Source: Nitrospirota bacterium
Lineage (GTDB): Bacteria; Nitrospirota; UBA9217
Assembly (NCBI GenBank): GCA_963751455.1
Contig: CAVVUN010000012.1
Span: forward strand, 160,001 to 224,000
DNA length: 64,000 nucleotides
Direction of reading: 5' to 3'
In this document: one piece after another, positions 53,823 through 64,000 of the stretch
Numbering within the stretch: position 1 is the stretch's first letter
Layout of the letters: every line of letters starts with the position of its first letter
Program-made: the position numbers and the translations under genes
Notes under the pieces: model-generated
Told to the model about the DNA's origin: nothing
Seen by the model: the letters and a program-made list of their open reading frames with translations, nothing else
Database searches by the model: none

Positions 53823-54014
53823 TTATTTGCACGCCTTACAGCTGGAAAAGCCGAACAGGGCATAGGGCGGGCACCAGCCGATCAGGCCGGTCGCAAGCGG
53901 GACAATTCCAAGACAGGCCCATGCTGATTGAGGCCCCGTAAAGGCCAGGGATAGAATAGCACTGCCTGCGATAATCCTGATTATTCTTTCAACTCCACCA
54001 ATGTTCTTTTTCAT
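53823..54014 (-). CDS. DUF2892 (YgaP-like) membrane protein
   Basis: KNIGGVERIIR..GWCPPYALFG. Confidence 0.92.
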   Translation of the reverse strand: MKKNIGGVERIIRIIAGSAILSLAFTGPQSAWACLGIVPLATGLIGWCPPYALFGFSSCKACK

Positions 54015-54276
54015 ACTGTCCTCCTTAAATAATTTTCGGCGCCGGCATGACTGCCGTACCGTTCTGTTGTACGGAAGATATCAGAAAGGACTAATGGAGT
54101 CTGTGACTAAGTCACAAAGAAGCTGAAAAAGAAAGACCTGGACGAGGGAGGTGAAATAGATATTCAAGGGCAGGACATCAGAGGGATTAGCCGCAAAAAA
54201 GCACAAAAGGCACAAAAGAGAAAATTCACTTTTGCGAATCCTGCGCAGCTTTGCGGGCCAAATCAAGGAAGGAGCT

Positions 54277-54909
54277 TTATTTTTTCAAAAGTGTAATCAT
54301 ATTCCGTGAGAGCTTGACAAGCAGGCTGCGTTCGAAGTCCTTCAGCAAGCGGCTTACGACCTCGCGTGAGGTGCCCAGATCATTTGCGATCTTCTGGTGC
54401 GTGATCTCGATCATGCCGTTCTCCGATTTTTCAACAAGGTAGTCCATAACCCGCTCGTCCATCCTCCCGAAGGCAATTTCTTCCACCAGTTCCATGACCA
54501 TTGTCATTCGTTCGGTCATTATGGAAAAGACGAAATTTCTCATCTGGTCGGATTCTGCCACCATATGCCGGAAATTCTGCGACGGGCAAAGCATGAGGTC
54601 AGTCTCGCTAAGGGTCAGGGCATACGCAGGATAGGATTTCCCCGAGAGGATGCACGATGCATTCAGGATGCAGGTCTCGCCCGGCCCGATCTCGTAAAGC
54701 GTAATCTCCCTGCCTGTTTCGCCGATTTTGTAAACGCGGATGTCTCCGGAAAAAACAAAGGCTATCGCTGAGCAGGCATCGCCCTCGCTGTAAAGCCGGC
54801 TCCCGGCCGGCACCTTTTTGCGGCTGCAGGCAGATAAAAAATCCTGCAGCAGCCCTTCGCTCACGCCCTTGAATGCGGGAAACGTTTTTAGGAAGTCATT
54901 TTGTTTCAT
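54277..54909 (-). CDS. Crp/Fnr-family transcriptional regulator
   Basis: GREITLYEIGPGETC and HTH THQKIANDLGTSREVVSR. Confidence 0.95.
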   Translation of the reverse strand: MKQNDFLKTFPAFKGVSEGLLQDFLSACSRKKVPAGSRLYSEGDACSAIAFVFSGDIRVYKIGETGREITLYEIGPGETCILNASCILSGKSYPAYALTLSETDLMLCPSQNFRHMVAESDQMRNFVFSIMTERMTMVMELVEEIAFGRMDERVMDYLVEKSENGMIEITHQKIANDLGTSREVVSRLLKDFERSLLVKLSRNMITLLKK

Positions 54910-54987
54910 AGCGAGAGGTATCTTAAGGGGAAGAACAATATTTGTCAATTAAAGATGAAGAGTTGAGGGTCAGGTCTACTTTGATGG

Positions 54988-55237
54988 GAGATCGCGGCGA
55001 GCCTCGGTAAGAACGAGTCGGCCAGCCTCAAGATCCTTCCGGAAGACAATACTGCTCCGCCCGGAGTTCCCGATCGCCGCATTGTCCGTTTCGAAAAAGG
55101 AAGCGTTGTTTTCAAGGAGGGGGATCCCGGAAGCGGGATGTTCTGTGTGCTCAGAACATCTTCAGGGCCAAGTCTTTTTCGTTGCATCATCATCTGTGAT
55201 GACACCGGAGTCGATTTCAAAGAGAAACACTTGACCC
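54988..55237 (+). pseudogene. Degenerate duplicate of the yihY 3' region
   Basis: Near-identical to 44140-44307 followed by 44441-44521, with an internal deletion. Confidence 0.85.
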
Positions 55238-55416
55238 TATTTATTGCGAAGAGGATGCATGAAGGGACGAAGATAATCCAGAGTTGTTTTTTCGGATTTC
55301 AGTATAAACGCCGATAAAAATGCCGCCATGTTAAATGTAAGGATCTGACCATATGATGTTTGCTCAAATAAAGAGCACGCTCCTGATCGGAGCGGGCTCT
55401 TTTGTTATAACCCTCA

Positions 55417-55653
55417 TTACTCGGGTTCAGGCAGGGGCTCGTTCATGGCCATATCCTTGATAAACTGGTCCACCTCTTCCCGGGCGATAATCCCATCCAG
55501 CGGCAATGCAAAGACTGTTTTTTTCATTCGGCTGTCTTCAGTATCCCCGGGTTCTATCATATCCACATCTACGACCGTCATCTGAACCGGTCCTGTTGCG
55601 TAAGCATCAATCACAGCTCCACTCTTTACTTTGAGAATGATCTGGTCGCTCAT
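55417..55653 (-). CDS. Small acidic hypothetical protein
   Basis: RBS AGGAGG; 78 aa. Confidence 0.65.
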   Translation of the reverse strand: MSDQIILKVKSGAVIDAYATGPVQMTVVDVDMIEPGDTEDSRMKKTVFALPLDGIIAREEVDQFIKDMAMNEPLPEPE

Positions 55654-56272
55654 CGTTCCTCCTTTCCGATTCGGCCCCTACTCGTTCAACGAATGCGGAG
55701 CCCATATTATCAAGATATGACGATCGAATTGCCGCGACTGTCATTCTGATCCTTGAGGCTCACTGAAAAGCGGGGCACGATCGTCACATTTAATGAATAT
55801 ATCATTTTATTTTTCGATTTGTCGCTTCTCACAAAGAATATAGGCATTTAGCCGCAAAGATGCTCACAATGCGCAAAGGAATATTTTTTATTTGGCGTTT
55901 TATGTGCCTTCGGAAGTAGCTGAGAGTAATCTAGAAATAAAACATCGGAACGACTGCTGAATGAGACACCTTTTGCTATCTATAAAAGCGAAAGGGGAAG
56001 GCACGGTGAGAACCAGTTATAAATAAGTAGAGCATGAAGATAAACTTCACAGCCAATAAAATCTTCTGTTAAGAATAAGCCGCTGACGTTGACATAGGCG
56101 ATGCTTTTCGAACTGTGCGTAAATAATTTGTTTAATCCATTGTTTTTGATAAAATTACATGCTACCGTTTAACTAGTATCTTGTTCTCTCCCTCACTGTC
56201 GGGAGTCATCCTGGAAGCAACGAGGAAGTAAAACTGAATCTAAAAACCGTCATTTACGGAAGGATAGAAACT

Positions 56273-56599
56273 ATGCCGCTCTATTTATCGAAATTCAGCT
56301 ACACGCCGGAGACGTGGGCCAGGTTGATCCGCAACCCGGAGGACCGCCGAAAAGCCGCTCAAGCGTACATTGAGTCGGTCGGCGGGAAACTGCACGGGTT
56401 CTGGTATGCCTTCGGTACGCACGACGGCTACAATCTGTGGGAGGCTCCCGACAACATCTCCATGGCCGCGGTTGCGTTGGCGATAAGTGGTGGAGGTGCA
56501 CTCAGCTCGTTCGAAACGACAGTCCTTTTGACCGTCGACGAAACCATGGAAGCCTTGCGCAAAGCCGGGCAAGTGCAATACCGGGCGCCGGGCGCTTAG
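56273..56599 (+). CDS. GYD-domain protein
   Basis: ESVGGKL..YAFGTHDG..EAPD..ETTVLL. Confidence 0.88.
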   Translation: MPLYLSKFSYTPETWARLIRNPEDRRKAAQAYIESVGGKLHGFWYAFGTHDGYNLWEAPDNISMAAVALAISGGGALSSFETTVLLTVDETMEALRKAGQVQYRAPGA

Positions 56600-56675
56600 C
56601 AGTTCTCTTTAGGCTGGAATAAATTCTGAAAATAGCTGACATTGGCTAATTGTTCGGTATCATTTCGGCGGCAAA

Positions 56676-57239
56676 TCAGCGGCGGCGACGGATGGTCCGG
56701 AAGGTCACCGAATAGCGAAGAGAATCTACATCCGGGATACTGTGTTCCCACTTGATACGAGAGATGCCGCGGAGAAGGTAGGCGGAGCGTGGTTGGGCCG
56801 TAAGCGAATATCGCTCCCATGTCGAGTCGATTTTTCGCCTTAGCCGGAAGATGCAGGGCGAGACGAGAGAAATGCCGATTACGTCGCCGAAGACCGCTTT
56901 GTCCACGTGCCATCCAATACCTGCGCCAGGGCGGTACTCAGTGATCAGCGCGTGAGGCAGTTCTTCAGCAGCCAGATCCGCGAACCGGGCGGCGCGGTCT
57001 CTCAGCCTTATGAGGAACGCGGGGATCGGTTCTGCCGGGACCAGCCTGTGCGATTCGAAATCGTAGTCCCAGCCATAAGAGATCGTACGCCGCTTTGCGA
57101 TATAGCCCTGGAATTCAAACTCCTTAAGCGGAAGTTCTTTGATCCGTTCTGCAAGCTCCCGCTCCTCGTCAGGCGGCACGACCTCTTCTTGGTAACGGAA
57201 TCCTTCTGGCTCTGCTTGACCTGTTTCCTTCATAATCAT
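56676..57239 (-). CDS. AlkB-like 2OG-Fe(II) dioxygenase
   Basis: YRPGAGIGWHVD, WEHSI and RYSVTFR motifs. Confidence 0.92.
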   Translation of the reverse strand: MIMKETGQAEPEGFRYQEEVVPPDEERELAERIKELPLKEFEFQGYIAKRRTISYGWDYDFESHRLVPAEPIPAFLIRLRDRAARFADLAAEELPHALITEYRPGAGIGWHVDKAVFGDVIGISLVSPCIFRLRRKIDSTWERYSLTAQPRSAYLLRGISRIKWEHSIPDVDSLRYSVTFRTIRRRR

Positions 57240-57904
57240 GAACCCTTCCGCCTTCTGTTTGTAATTATCTCTCTATCTTGAGTTTAACAAAGACGGCTCT
57301 TCTTTTTTTATCCTGGTTAGACGTCACCCGGCGAAAATCTTTTACGGCATGCTCGGTCGTCCTCGTTACGATAGAAATTTCTTTGTCCACTAGCCCCTCT
57401 CCCTTCTGGGAGAGGGACTGGGTGCGGGCGGAAACAGCCTGCATTCGCGCTTTGCACAATACTTAGACTCATTGTCGTACCATCTCGCTGAGAACCGCGA
57501 GACGGGAATCAAGGGCCTCATAAGCGCTGGCCGCAGGCTCGCCAACCTTCGGGCTCAGACACCCTGCACTCGCGCGCGGCACTCGTGAACGCTGGGCTCA
57601 GACAGTCCGAAATGTTTAACCCTCGGATTCGGTCGCATGCCTATATTTTCGGATGGGAATTCCGACCGCAACGTCTTCAAATCGAAAAACTACCTTCATA
57701 AAACCCGGAAGACCCCACAAAAAGGTGCCAGCATTATAAACTCCCCCCTGGAGGCCGAGGACAGAACCATCCGCTTCCCCGGTTGTTTGAAAAGACGAGC
57801 AAAAATAGCGACGTTCTCCCATGCCAGGAAACGATGCGCACCGAGACAAGCAGATCGAATACATTTCCAGTGATTTACCCCGTCCGGTGTTCTATAATAG
57901 ACCC

Positions 57905-58732
57905 ATGGACAGGAAAGACTATTACAAGATACTGGGCGTAAGTGAGACTGCAGCGCCCGACGAAATAAAAAAAAGCTATCGCAATCTTGCATTCCGCTAT
58001 CATCCTGATAAAAATCCGGGCAGTCAGGAGCTGATGAAGGAGATCAATGAAGCGTATGCCGTCCTATCCAACCCGGAGAAGAGGCGGGACTATGATCATC
58101 TGAGGCAGAGTTTCGGCTCCACAGCGAGGGACCGGTTCAGACAGACCCATACGGACGAGGACATCTTCCGGAACTCGGACATCAACCAGATCTTTGAAGA
58201 ATTCAGCAGGATTTTCGGATTCAGCAGACCTGAAGATATCTTCAGCGGCAATAATTTTTACGGTCGCAATTACAGAGAGTTCAAATTCAAAGGCCCCGGC
58301 GTTTCCGGCAGGGGCTTCTTTTTTTTCGGACCACTGGGAAATGCCTATCGTTCCGATAGAGGGACCGCGCAAAAGGGTTCATTGGCCTCTAAAGTCATGC
58401 TGAAGGGACTCGAAATGTTCCAGAAGATGGCGGCAAAGAGGCTGGGCATAGTCCTGCCGGAAAAAGGGAAAAACCTTGGCGATTCACTCGCGGTAACGCC
58501 GGAGGAGGCTTCCTCCGGAGGAAAGGTCAAGTACATCCTCAATCAGCCCGGTAAATCCAGGGAAATCCTCATCACCGTTCCGCCTGGGATCGGAGAGGGG
58601 CAGAAGATCAAACTCAAAGGTCTGGGCGAAGAGGGAAAGCACGGGGGTGAAACAGGCGATCTTTTTCTCAAGGTCAGGATTCGCCGGCCCTTTTTTGAAT
58701 TCTGGAGAAAGCGGAGCGAACGGAGACGATAA
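57905..58732 (+). CDS. DnaJ-domain protein (CbpA-like)
   Basis: [21 protein letters not shown] and C-terminal KLKGLG..GDL. Confidence 0.92.
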   Translation: MDRKDYYKILGVSETAAPDEIKKSYRNLAFRYHPDKNPGSQELMKEINEAYAVLSNPEKRRDYDHLRQSFGSTARDRFRQTHTDEDIFRNSDINQIFEEFSRIFGFSRPEDIFSGNNFYGRNYREFKFKGPGVSGRGFFFFGPLGNAYRSDRGTAQKGSLASKVMLKGLEMFQKMAAKRLGIVLPEKGKNLGDSLAVTPEEASSGGKVKYILNQPGKSREILITVPPGIGEGQKIKLKGLGEEGKHGGETGDLFLKVRIRRPFFEFWRKRSERRR

Positions 58733-58839
58733 AGCTTCTCACCCTGAGAATCGAGCTCCCTGCAACTTATGAAAAGTCAAACATTATAGACCCTGCTGTT
58801 CTTGCGGCACAAGATGCTGTTGTTGTTATTGAAGCGCCC

Positions 58840-60275
58840 TTACCCCGCCGGCTGAGGCACCGATCCTGAGTAAAACGGCGCGCACTTTTCCCGCTGAATG
58901 AATTTCCTCGCGCTCTTGAGGGCGTTTGACATTGGCCCGGTAATTGACTTAAGCGCGCTTGCCTCGATCTCCGGCTTGAGCAATGGTCCATGCACTTTCT
59001 GCCTGTACACAGCGCACCCCCGCTTATCAAGCACTGCTACGGATGTGTCAATAAGCCGGTCGTTGACGAGATTCAATCCTCCCCTCATGGCGATCCTGTG
59101 CTTGTTTGAAGCAAGGGCCACATCCGACGCTTCCGCAATGCCGTGATCGACTTTCCAGATTGCAACGAGTTTTTTGATGCTCCCTTCTCCGCCTCGTGAC
59201 TCTTCGTGATACAGACGTCCGAAATTATAGCTCTTGGTGAGCAACGGTCCGAACGGGCCCGCAAGTAAGAACGCCCCGGCGTCCACAAGGTTGAAGTTCT
59301 GGCAGCGCTTGAATTTTGAGACAAGGGCATCGATATTGGCGCCGGAGAACGTAACATTTTCGCCTTTCAGGGAAACGTCGCCGCTGAGCGACCGTTTCAT
59401 CTCATCCATGCTCTTCCCCTTTGCAGTCAGGTTCGCGGAAAAGTCCGTCAGCCCTTCTATGGTTTTTGCAGGGATGTTTTTGGGCGAGAATTCCCGGATA
59501 AGGTCTGCGATTCTGAACCGGCTGAGAGCACAGAACACCCGGTAACGAGGGGCTGCACCCGTCGCGTCCAGGTGCAAGCTCCCTTTCCCGCTCCCCCCGA
59601 AAACGTTCATCCTGGCCCGTTCGATATCGAACATTCCCCTTCTTCCTGTTATTTTCATCGCGATGTTCGATACGGCGAGGTTGTTGCTCTTGACTGTCCT
59701 GCACCTGATATCCCCGGTGAATGAAATGTTCCTGAGCAGCTCCGCTGAATCCGACCCGCTGTATGAAACGTTTCGGAGGGTCAGATCAAGGCGTTCCGCT
59801 TCAATCTTTTCTCCGGATAACTTATCTGTAAAAACAAGCGTCCCCTGAAAGATGGACGACGCCGGTATCGAAAGCGGTTTTTCCGACGGCGCCGGCCCTG
59901 GTTTGTCAAAATTGAACGTTCCGTTCCGGTAACGGACTACGGACATGGCCGGCCTCACGAACTCGACCCGTCGTATCCGGACTTCGCCCCGCGCAAGGGG
60001 AATGAGTTCCAGGCCGATCGTCATCTTCTCAATAGTGGCGACATTGGTTCCCTTGTTTCGGACGCTGACGTCCTCCATCGATATCGCGAACCCGGGAGTA
60101 AAAACGATGCCCATCCTGCCGTTGATCCGGACATCCATTCCCGCAGCCTGCGAGGCAGCTGCTTCGACCTGCGGTTTAAAGGTTTTGATTTCGAGCAGGA
60201 GAGCCGCGATGATCGCTGCAACAAGGACGATTACGATCGTTGCTATAAATATTTTTTTTTCTTCTGTACTATCAT
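58840..60275 (-). CDS. AsmA-family protein; probable start ATG 60275 is out of frame by one base in an A9 run
   Basis: N-terminal TM then beta-taco-like repeats (LSGDVSLKGE). Confidence 0.75.
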
Positions 60276-60448
60276 TTTTCACATTCGTCGAACTTGACAA
60301 CGTAAATTTTGATTTGACGTTGGAATGGGTAGCGAGAGGGCGCAATGCGGATCTCCTGCAAAACTGCAGTTGATGTTATTTTACGGGAGGGTTGGGGAAA
60401 AGTATGTGATTTCGATTACGGAGGTCGATGATATTTTTCCGGGGAACC

Positions 60449-60597
60449 AACTCAGGGGTCTGGGAGAAGAGGGAAAGCCCGGGGTGAACAGGCGATCGTT
60501 CTCTCAAGGTCCAATTCGCCTGTTTTTTTTGAATGCTGGAGAAAGCGGAGCGAACGGATACGAGAAAGCTTCTCACCCCTGAGAATCGAGCTCCCTG
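60449..60597 (+). pseudogene. Degenerate duplicate of the dnaJ-like gene 3' end
   Basis: Direct repeat of 58611-58762. Confidence 0.85.
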
Positions 60598-60671
60598 GTT
60601 TATCGGTGGCTCCATTCGATGACTCTTGATCAGTTTTCTCTACTCTACCTAAATGTTCGGTATCGCATTTT

Positions 60672-61931
60672 TTACAGCTCCCACGGGTACCCGATGAAAA
60701 TGCTCGGTGCAATCCCTTCGCTTCCTGTTGCCAGATCGGCCCTGAACACAACGCCGGATGCCGTTATCATCCGCAGCCCGACACCGGTCGTCGAACGCCA
60801 AGTGTCCCCGAGTTCGCTCCGCTGATCAGCGACGCTTCCCGTTTCGTAATAGAGCGCAATCTGCCATGACGTCCTCACGTCCTTCATTATGAAAATATCG
60901 TACGGCGTCGATTCGTCCGTCAGGTTCCAGCGGACTTCAGAGCCGAAGAAGAGGGTATGCGCGCCCGAGAACCGTCCCGCGGGATACGACCGGAGCTGAT
61001 TGAATCCGCCAAGCGAGCGCGCGGTCCCGTAGGTGTTGTTCGCGACGGTATTGTACAGAAAATCCTGGCAGAGCTGCCGCTCTCCGGGATCCGCGATCGA
61101 GCCGCAATCAACGCCCTGCTCCGTTGCGACGAGTGCCGCGTTCGTTTCGCCCTGTCGCACCACGTGGGCGTCCGAGCGGAATAAGTTGAACACCCAGGTG
61201 CTCCGTTTTCCCAGGGAAACATAGGCAGTCGCATTATAGTCCATGACATAATAACGCGGCCCGTGTTCCAGGGGCGGACTGGAAGACCAGTTGGTGTCTA
61301 GCCGTACCCCTCTTCGCGGGTCCCGATAATCGTCCGTCAGATCGATCCGCGTGCCGAACATGCTGACGTACCCCCGTTCAACAGCCGCATTCTCCGCTTC
61401 TATGATGACATTGCCGGCCCGGTCCCGGATGCTCCTGAGCTGCTGTGTCCCATGGTAATATGCTCCGTAAAATTCCAGCCGGCGCTCCAGAAATGTCGCG
61501 GTAAGACGCGTCCCGATATAGGCCATGCCTCCCATCTCTATATTGGTAAAATCATTCTTCCCCGACTTCATTCCCCGCTGGCTGTAGTTCTGGGCCGTCG
61601 CTGCGCTCAGTCCGCTGTAGCCCGCATCAAGAATAAGGTTTTCAGGCAGGACCTGGACATCGGCGACGCTCAGGGCCAGACCTCTTACGTCCCCGCCGAA
61701 GACCATGCCATAGGCATCGGTCGTCGTGTTCTTGATGTTCATCAGTCCTCCGACCACACCAATCCCCTGGCCGATCCCCGGCAGACTGTAGGGATAGGGG
61801 AAAAGGGCGTAGCCCAGGGTTGTCTCGAATTGAGGTTTTCGCCGGTCCGGGATCGAAAGAGCATGAGCAATCGGTGCGACAAGGGAAACAACGATCAGAC
61901 CGATGATGAAACCGAACAATTTTCTTTTCAT
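60672..61931 (-). CDS. Omp85/BamA-TamA-type outer-membrane beta-barrel protein
   Basis: Signal peptide; LGGFNQLRSYPAGRF (VRGY-like), GVGLR and FRAD. Confidence 0.75.
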   Translation of the reverse strand: MKRKLFGFIIGLIVVSLVAPIAHALSIPDRRKPQFETTLGYALFPYPYSLPGIGQGIGVVGGLMNIKNTTTDAYGMVFGGDVRGLALSVADVQVLPENLILDAGYSGLSAATAQNYSQRGMKSGKNDFTNIEMGGMAYIGTRLTATFLERRLEFYGAYYHGTQQLRSIRDRAGNVIIEAENAAVERGYVSMFGTRIDLTDDYRDPRRGVRLDTNWSSSPPLEHGPRYYVMDYNATAYVSLGKRSTWVFNLFRSDAHVVRQGETNAALVATEQGVDCGSIADPGERQLCQDFLYNTVANNTYGTARSLGGFNQLRSYPAGRFSGAHTLFFGSEVRWNLTDESTPYDIFIMKDVRTSWQIALYYETGSVADQRSELGDTWRSTTGVGLRMITASGVVFRADLATGSEGIAPSIFIGYPWEL

Positions 61932-61935
61932 AGTT

Positions 61936-62142
61936 TTATTTCTCCTTTAAACCGCGAACTTTCGCTTTGATCTTTGAGCTATTTCCCGGCGCTTCCTTCT
62001 CCGCCAGATCGAGGATTCTAATAAGTTCCCCGGCGCACGCAAAACTCTTAATTTGACCGCGTTCTATAAACTCGACCTGACCCGCGGCTTTGCCCGGATT
62101 CCTTTTATCGCGTCGATAGATCCGTATTACATAGCTGTCCAT
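61936..62142 (-). CDS. Small hypothetical protein (SYVIRIYRR..GQVE type)
   Basis: RBS GGAG; lies downstream of the BTAD regulator. Confidence 0.65.
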   Translation of the reverse strand: MDSYVIRIYRRDKRNPGKAAGQVEFIERGQIKSFACAGELIRILDLAEKEAPGNSSKIKAKVRGLKEK

Positions 62143-62376
62143 ATTTTCTCCGCTTCCTGGGTAACCGTGAAACGATGGGACAAACTAAAATAGAATTAAA
62201 TCAACTGGGGGACACAATACGGTGCACGTACCCACGGATTACCCACGCATTGCCATGAATTTTTGGCGTAACGATATGCAAGTGAATTCAAGGAATTAAG
62301 AGCAATACTGAGAAATTCGGGGATGAAAGAGAAGGGACTTATTAAGAAAAGATTTAAAGATAGGCGAAGAAAGGGC

Positions 62377-64000
62377 CTAGGTGTCCTGATGGAGGGAAGA
62401 ATAGATCTCTTGCGTGCGCCTGGAAGGTTCGAGCCCCAGCGCATCACGCAGGGCGGAACGGCAGCGTTGGTAGGTTTTGGCGGCTTCGGCCCGGTTACCC
62501 AGCTTGTCATGGCAGATCATGAGATGCTGATAGAACTCCTCGGATGCCGCGTCTTTCTCGAGCCCGAGCTCGAAACAATCGACAGCTCTTTTCCATTCGC
62601 CGTCATGCTCATACTGTTCGCCCGCTTTCGTTATGAGCCGGAGAAACTTGCTTCGCAGACGCTCGCGCGTGACTGCGCTCCAGGGATGGCGGGTGTCAGC
62701 AGGAAGGAAATTACCTTTGTAGATCGTCATGGCCCTTTCGAGCCGCTGCAGCGCTGCAGATTTATCTGCTTTGCTTTTTTCGTCATCACTCTGCATTGCC
62801 GTTTCAAACGCCCGGACATCCACCCAGCATTGCCTGAGATCCAGGCTGACCTGGCCGTTATGAAGAAGAACGACACTATCGCGCCCGATCAACTTCCGTA
62901 AACGCTGGAGTGCCATCTCAAACGACTTATGCGCCAGGTCCCCGGTTGCTTCAGGCCAGAGCTCGTCAACGATCCTCTCCTCACTCACATCCGCCCCCCC
63001 GAACGCGATCAGCACCTTGAGGAGGTCCAGGGGCTTTTTCTGCACCTTGCCTGAAAACTCCACGGTCTTGTCGTCGACAAGCAGTTTGAATCCGCCAAGG
63101 GTCAATATTTTTATTGGCCACGGCCAATTGTCGAGATGGAGCGGAGGGTCGTCGGGGACGAAGTTATAGGTACGGATCATTTTTTTCACATGTTCAATCT
63201 CGATATCCGACTCCAGCGCTCTCAAGCAGAGGCCGTACATGCGAGGGACGGGCGGCCACTCGAAACTGAAAACATATCCTTTTTCCCTGCCGAGAGCCAG
63301 ACCGTCTTTCAATAACGCCGTTCCTTTTTCCTGATTGCCGTCTTCAAATAAATAAGAGGCTTCGGTCAACAAACAGATAAATTCAAGAAAACCGCTTTTT
63401 ATCCCACGGGCTATCCGGTAACTCTCAGCCAGATGCTCTTCCGCCTTTTCCTTCTTACGCGCTGAGCGCAGGACCAGCGAAAGCGTACAATGACTGATGG
63501 CCTCCGGGTACCATAAGCCCATGGCCACTGCAATCGAATGCGCTTCCTGAAAATGAATTGCCGCCGCAGAAAGCTGCTTGGTTAATACAAATCTCCTTGC
63601 GAGCTGCCGATGATAATAATACCTGTCAAAAGGACGCGCCCGGTCAATCGTTGTTCTGAATTTTTCAATCATTGCTTCGGCGTTCGCGTTGTCGTTCCTG
63701 TCCATACATGCACCTATCCCCATGACCAGGAGCATATGATCCCACATGTGGACGCCGCTGTCGTTCGCCTTGTTCAGCCCCTCCAATACCGTCTCATACG
63801 AATCGCGCAAAGAACCGCTTGCACGCGAGAGCCAGCCGTCCGACATGCTGACGAGAATGTCGGCAAGAGGAGACAGCCCTTTCGTCGAATCCGCAATGCG
63901 TCTCATGATTTCGACTACGTGGTCCGCCTCGATAAATTCTCCCGTCCAGATATCAAAAGAAAGAAGATAGAAAGCTGTTATTATCCTCAAGCTGCTGTCT
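62377..64000 (-). CDS. Large transcriptional regulator with TPR, wHTH and BTAD domains (5' part outside the window)
   Basis: IKILTLGGF, LWPE, RLRK, WVDV..F, YKGNFL and EEFYQHLM..YQRC..LGLEPS. Confidence 0.9.
   Translation of the reverse strand, partial: DSSLRIITAFYLLSFDIWTGEFIEADHVVEIMRRIADSTKGLSPLADILVSMSDGWLSRASGSLRDSYETVLEGLNKANDSGVHMWDHMLLVMGIGACMDRNDNANAEAMIEKFRTTIDRARPFDRYYYHRQLARRFVLTKQLSAAAIHFQEAHSIAVAMGLWYPEAISHCTLSLVLRSARKKEKAEEHLAESYRIARGIKSGFLEFICLLTEASYLFEDGNQEKGTALLKDGLALGREKGYVFSFEWPPVPRMYGLCLRALESDIEIEHVKKMIRTYNFVPDDPPLHLDNWPWPIKILTLGGFKLLVDDKTVEFSGKVQKKPLDLLKVLIAFGGADVSEERIVDELWPEATGDLAHKSFEMALQRLRKLIGRDSVVLLHNGQVSLDLRQCWVDVRAFETAMQSDDEKSKADKSAALQRLERAMTIYKGNFLPADTRHPWSAVTRERLRSKFLRLITKAGEQYEHDGEWKRAVDCFELGLEKDAASEEFYQHLMICHDKLGNRAEAAKTYQRCRSALRDALGLEPSRRTQEIYSSLHQDT

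Noticed and set aside
62265-62281. Sigma54 promoter
   Set aside because: GG-GC spacing is off by one and the orientation is opposite to the nearby genes.

Overview
Bacterial accessory, signalling-rich window. Gene content and repeat families suggest an anaerobic Nitrospirota or deltaproteobacterial-type genome (inference only). It encodes three GGDEF-EAL proteins, hybrid histidine kinases, an MCP, a PilZ protein, a PhcB-like methyltransferase, a fatty-acid desaturase, a 12-haem cytochrome, a Big_2 adhesin and one complete IS1380. It also carries many MITE/REP-like elements. The main candidates for something new are: (1) a ~300-nt highly structured non-coding RNA gene present twice (29062-29363, 37396-37702), each copy with its own promoter and terminator and with compensatory base changes between copies; (2) an AT-rich defence-like cluster led by a SIR2-STAND NTPase-histidine kinase-receiver fusion, next to HEPN-like and HsdR-N nuclease genes; (3) a PhcB-like methyltransferase plus membrane kinase pair suggestive of quorum sensing; (4) recurrent duplications of gene 3' ends that bracket accessory blocks. 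Several single-base frameshifts in homopolymers may be assembly errors. All product names come from motif recognition by eye; no database searches were run.
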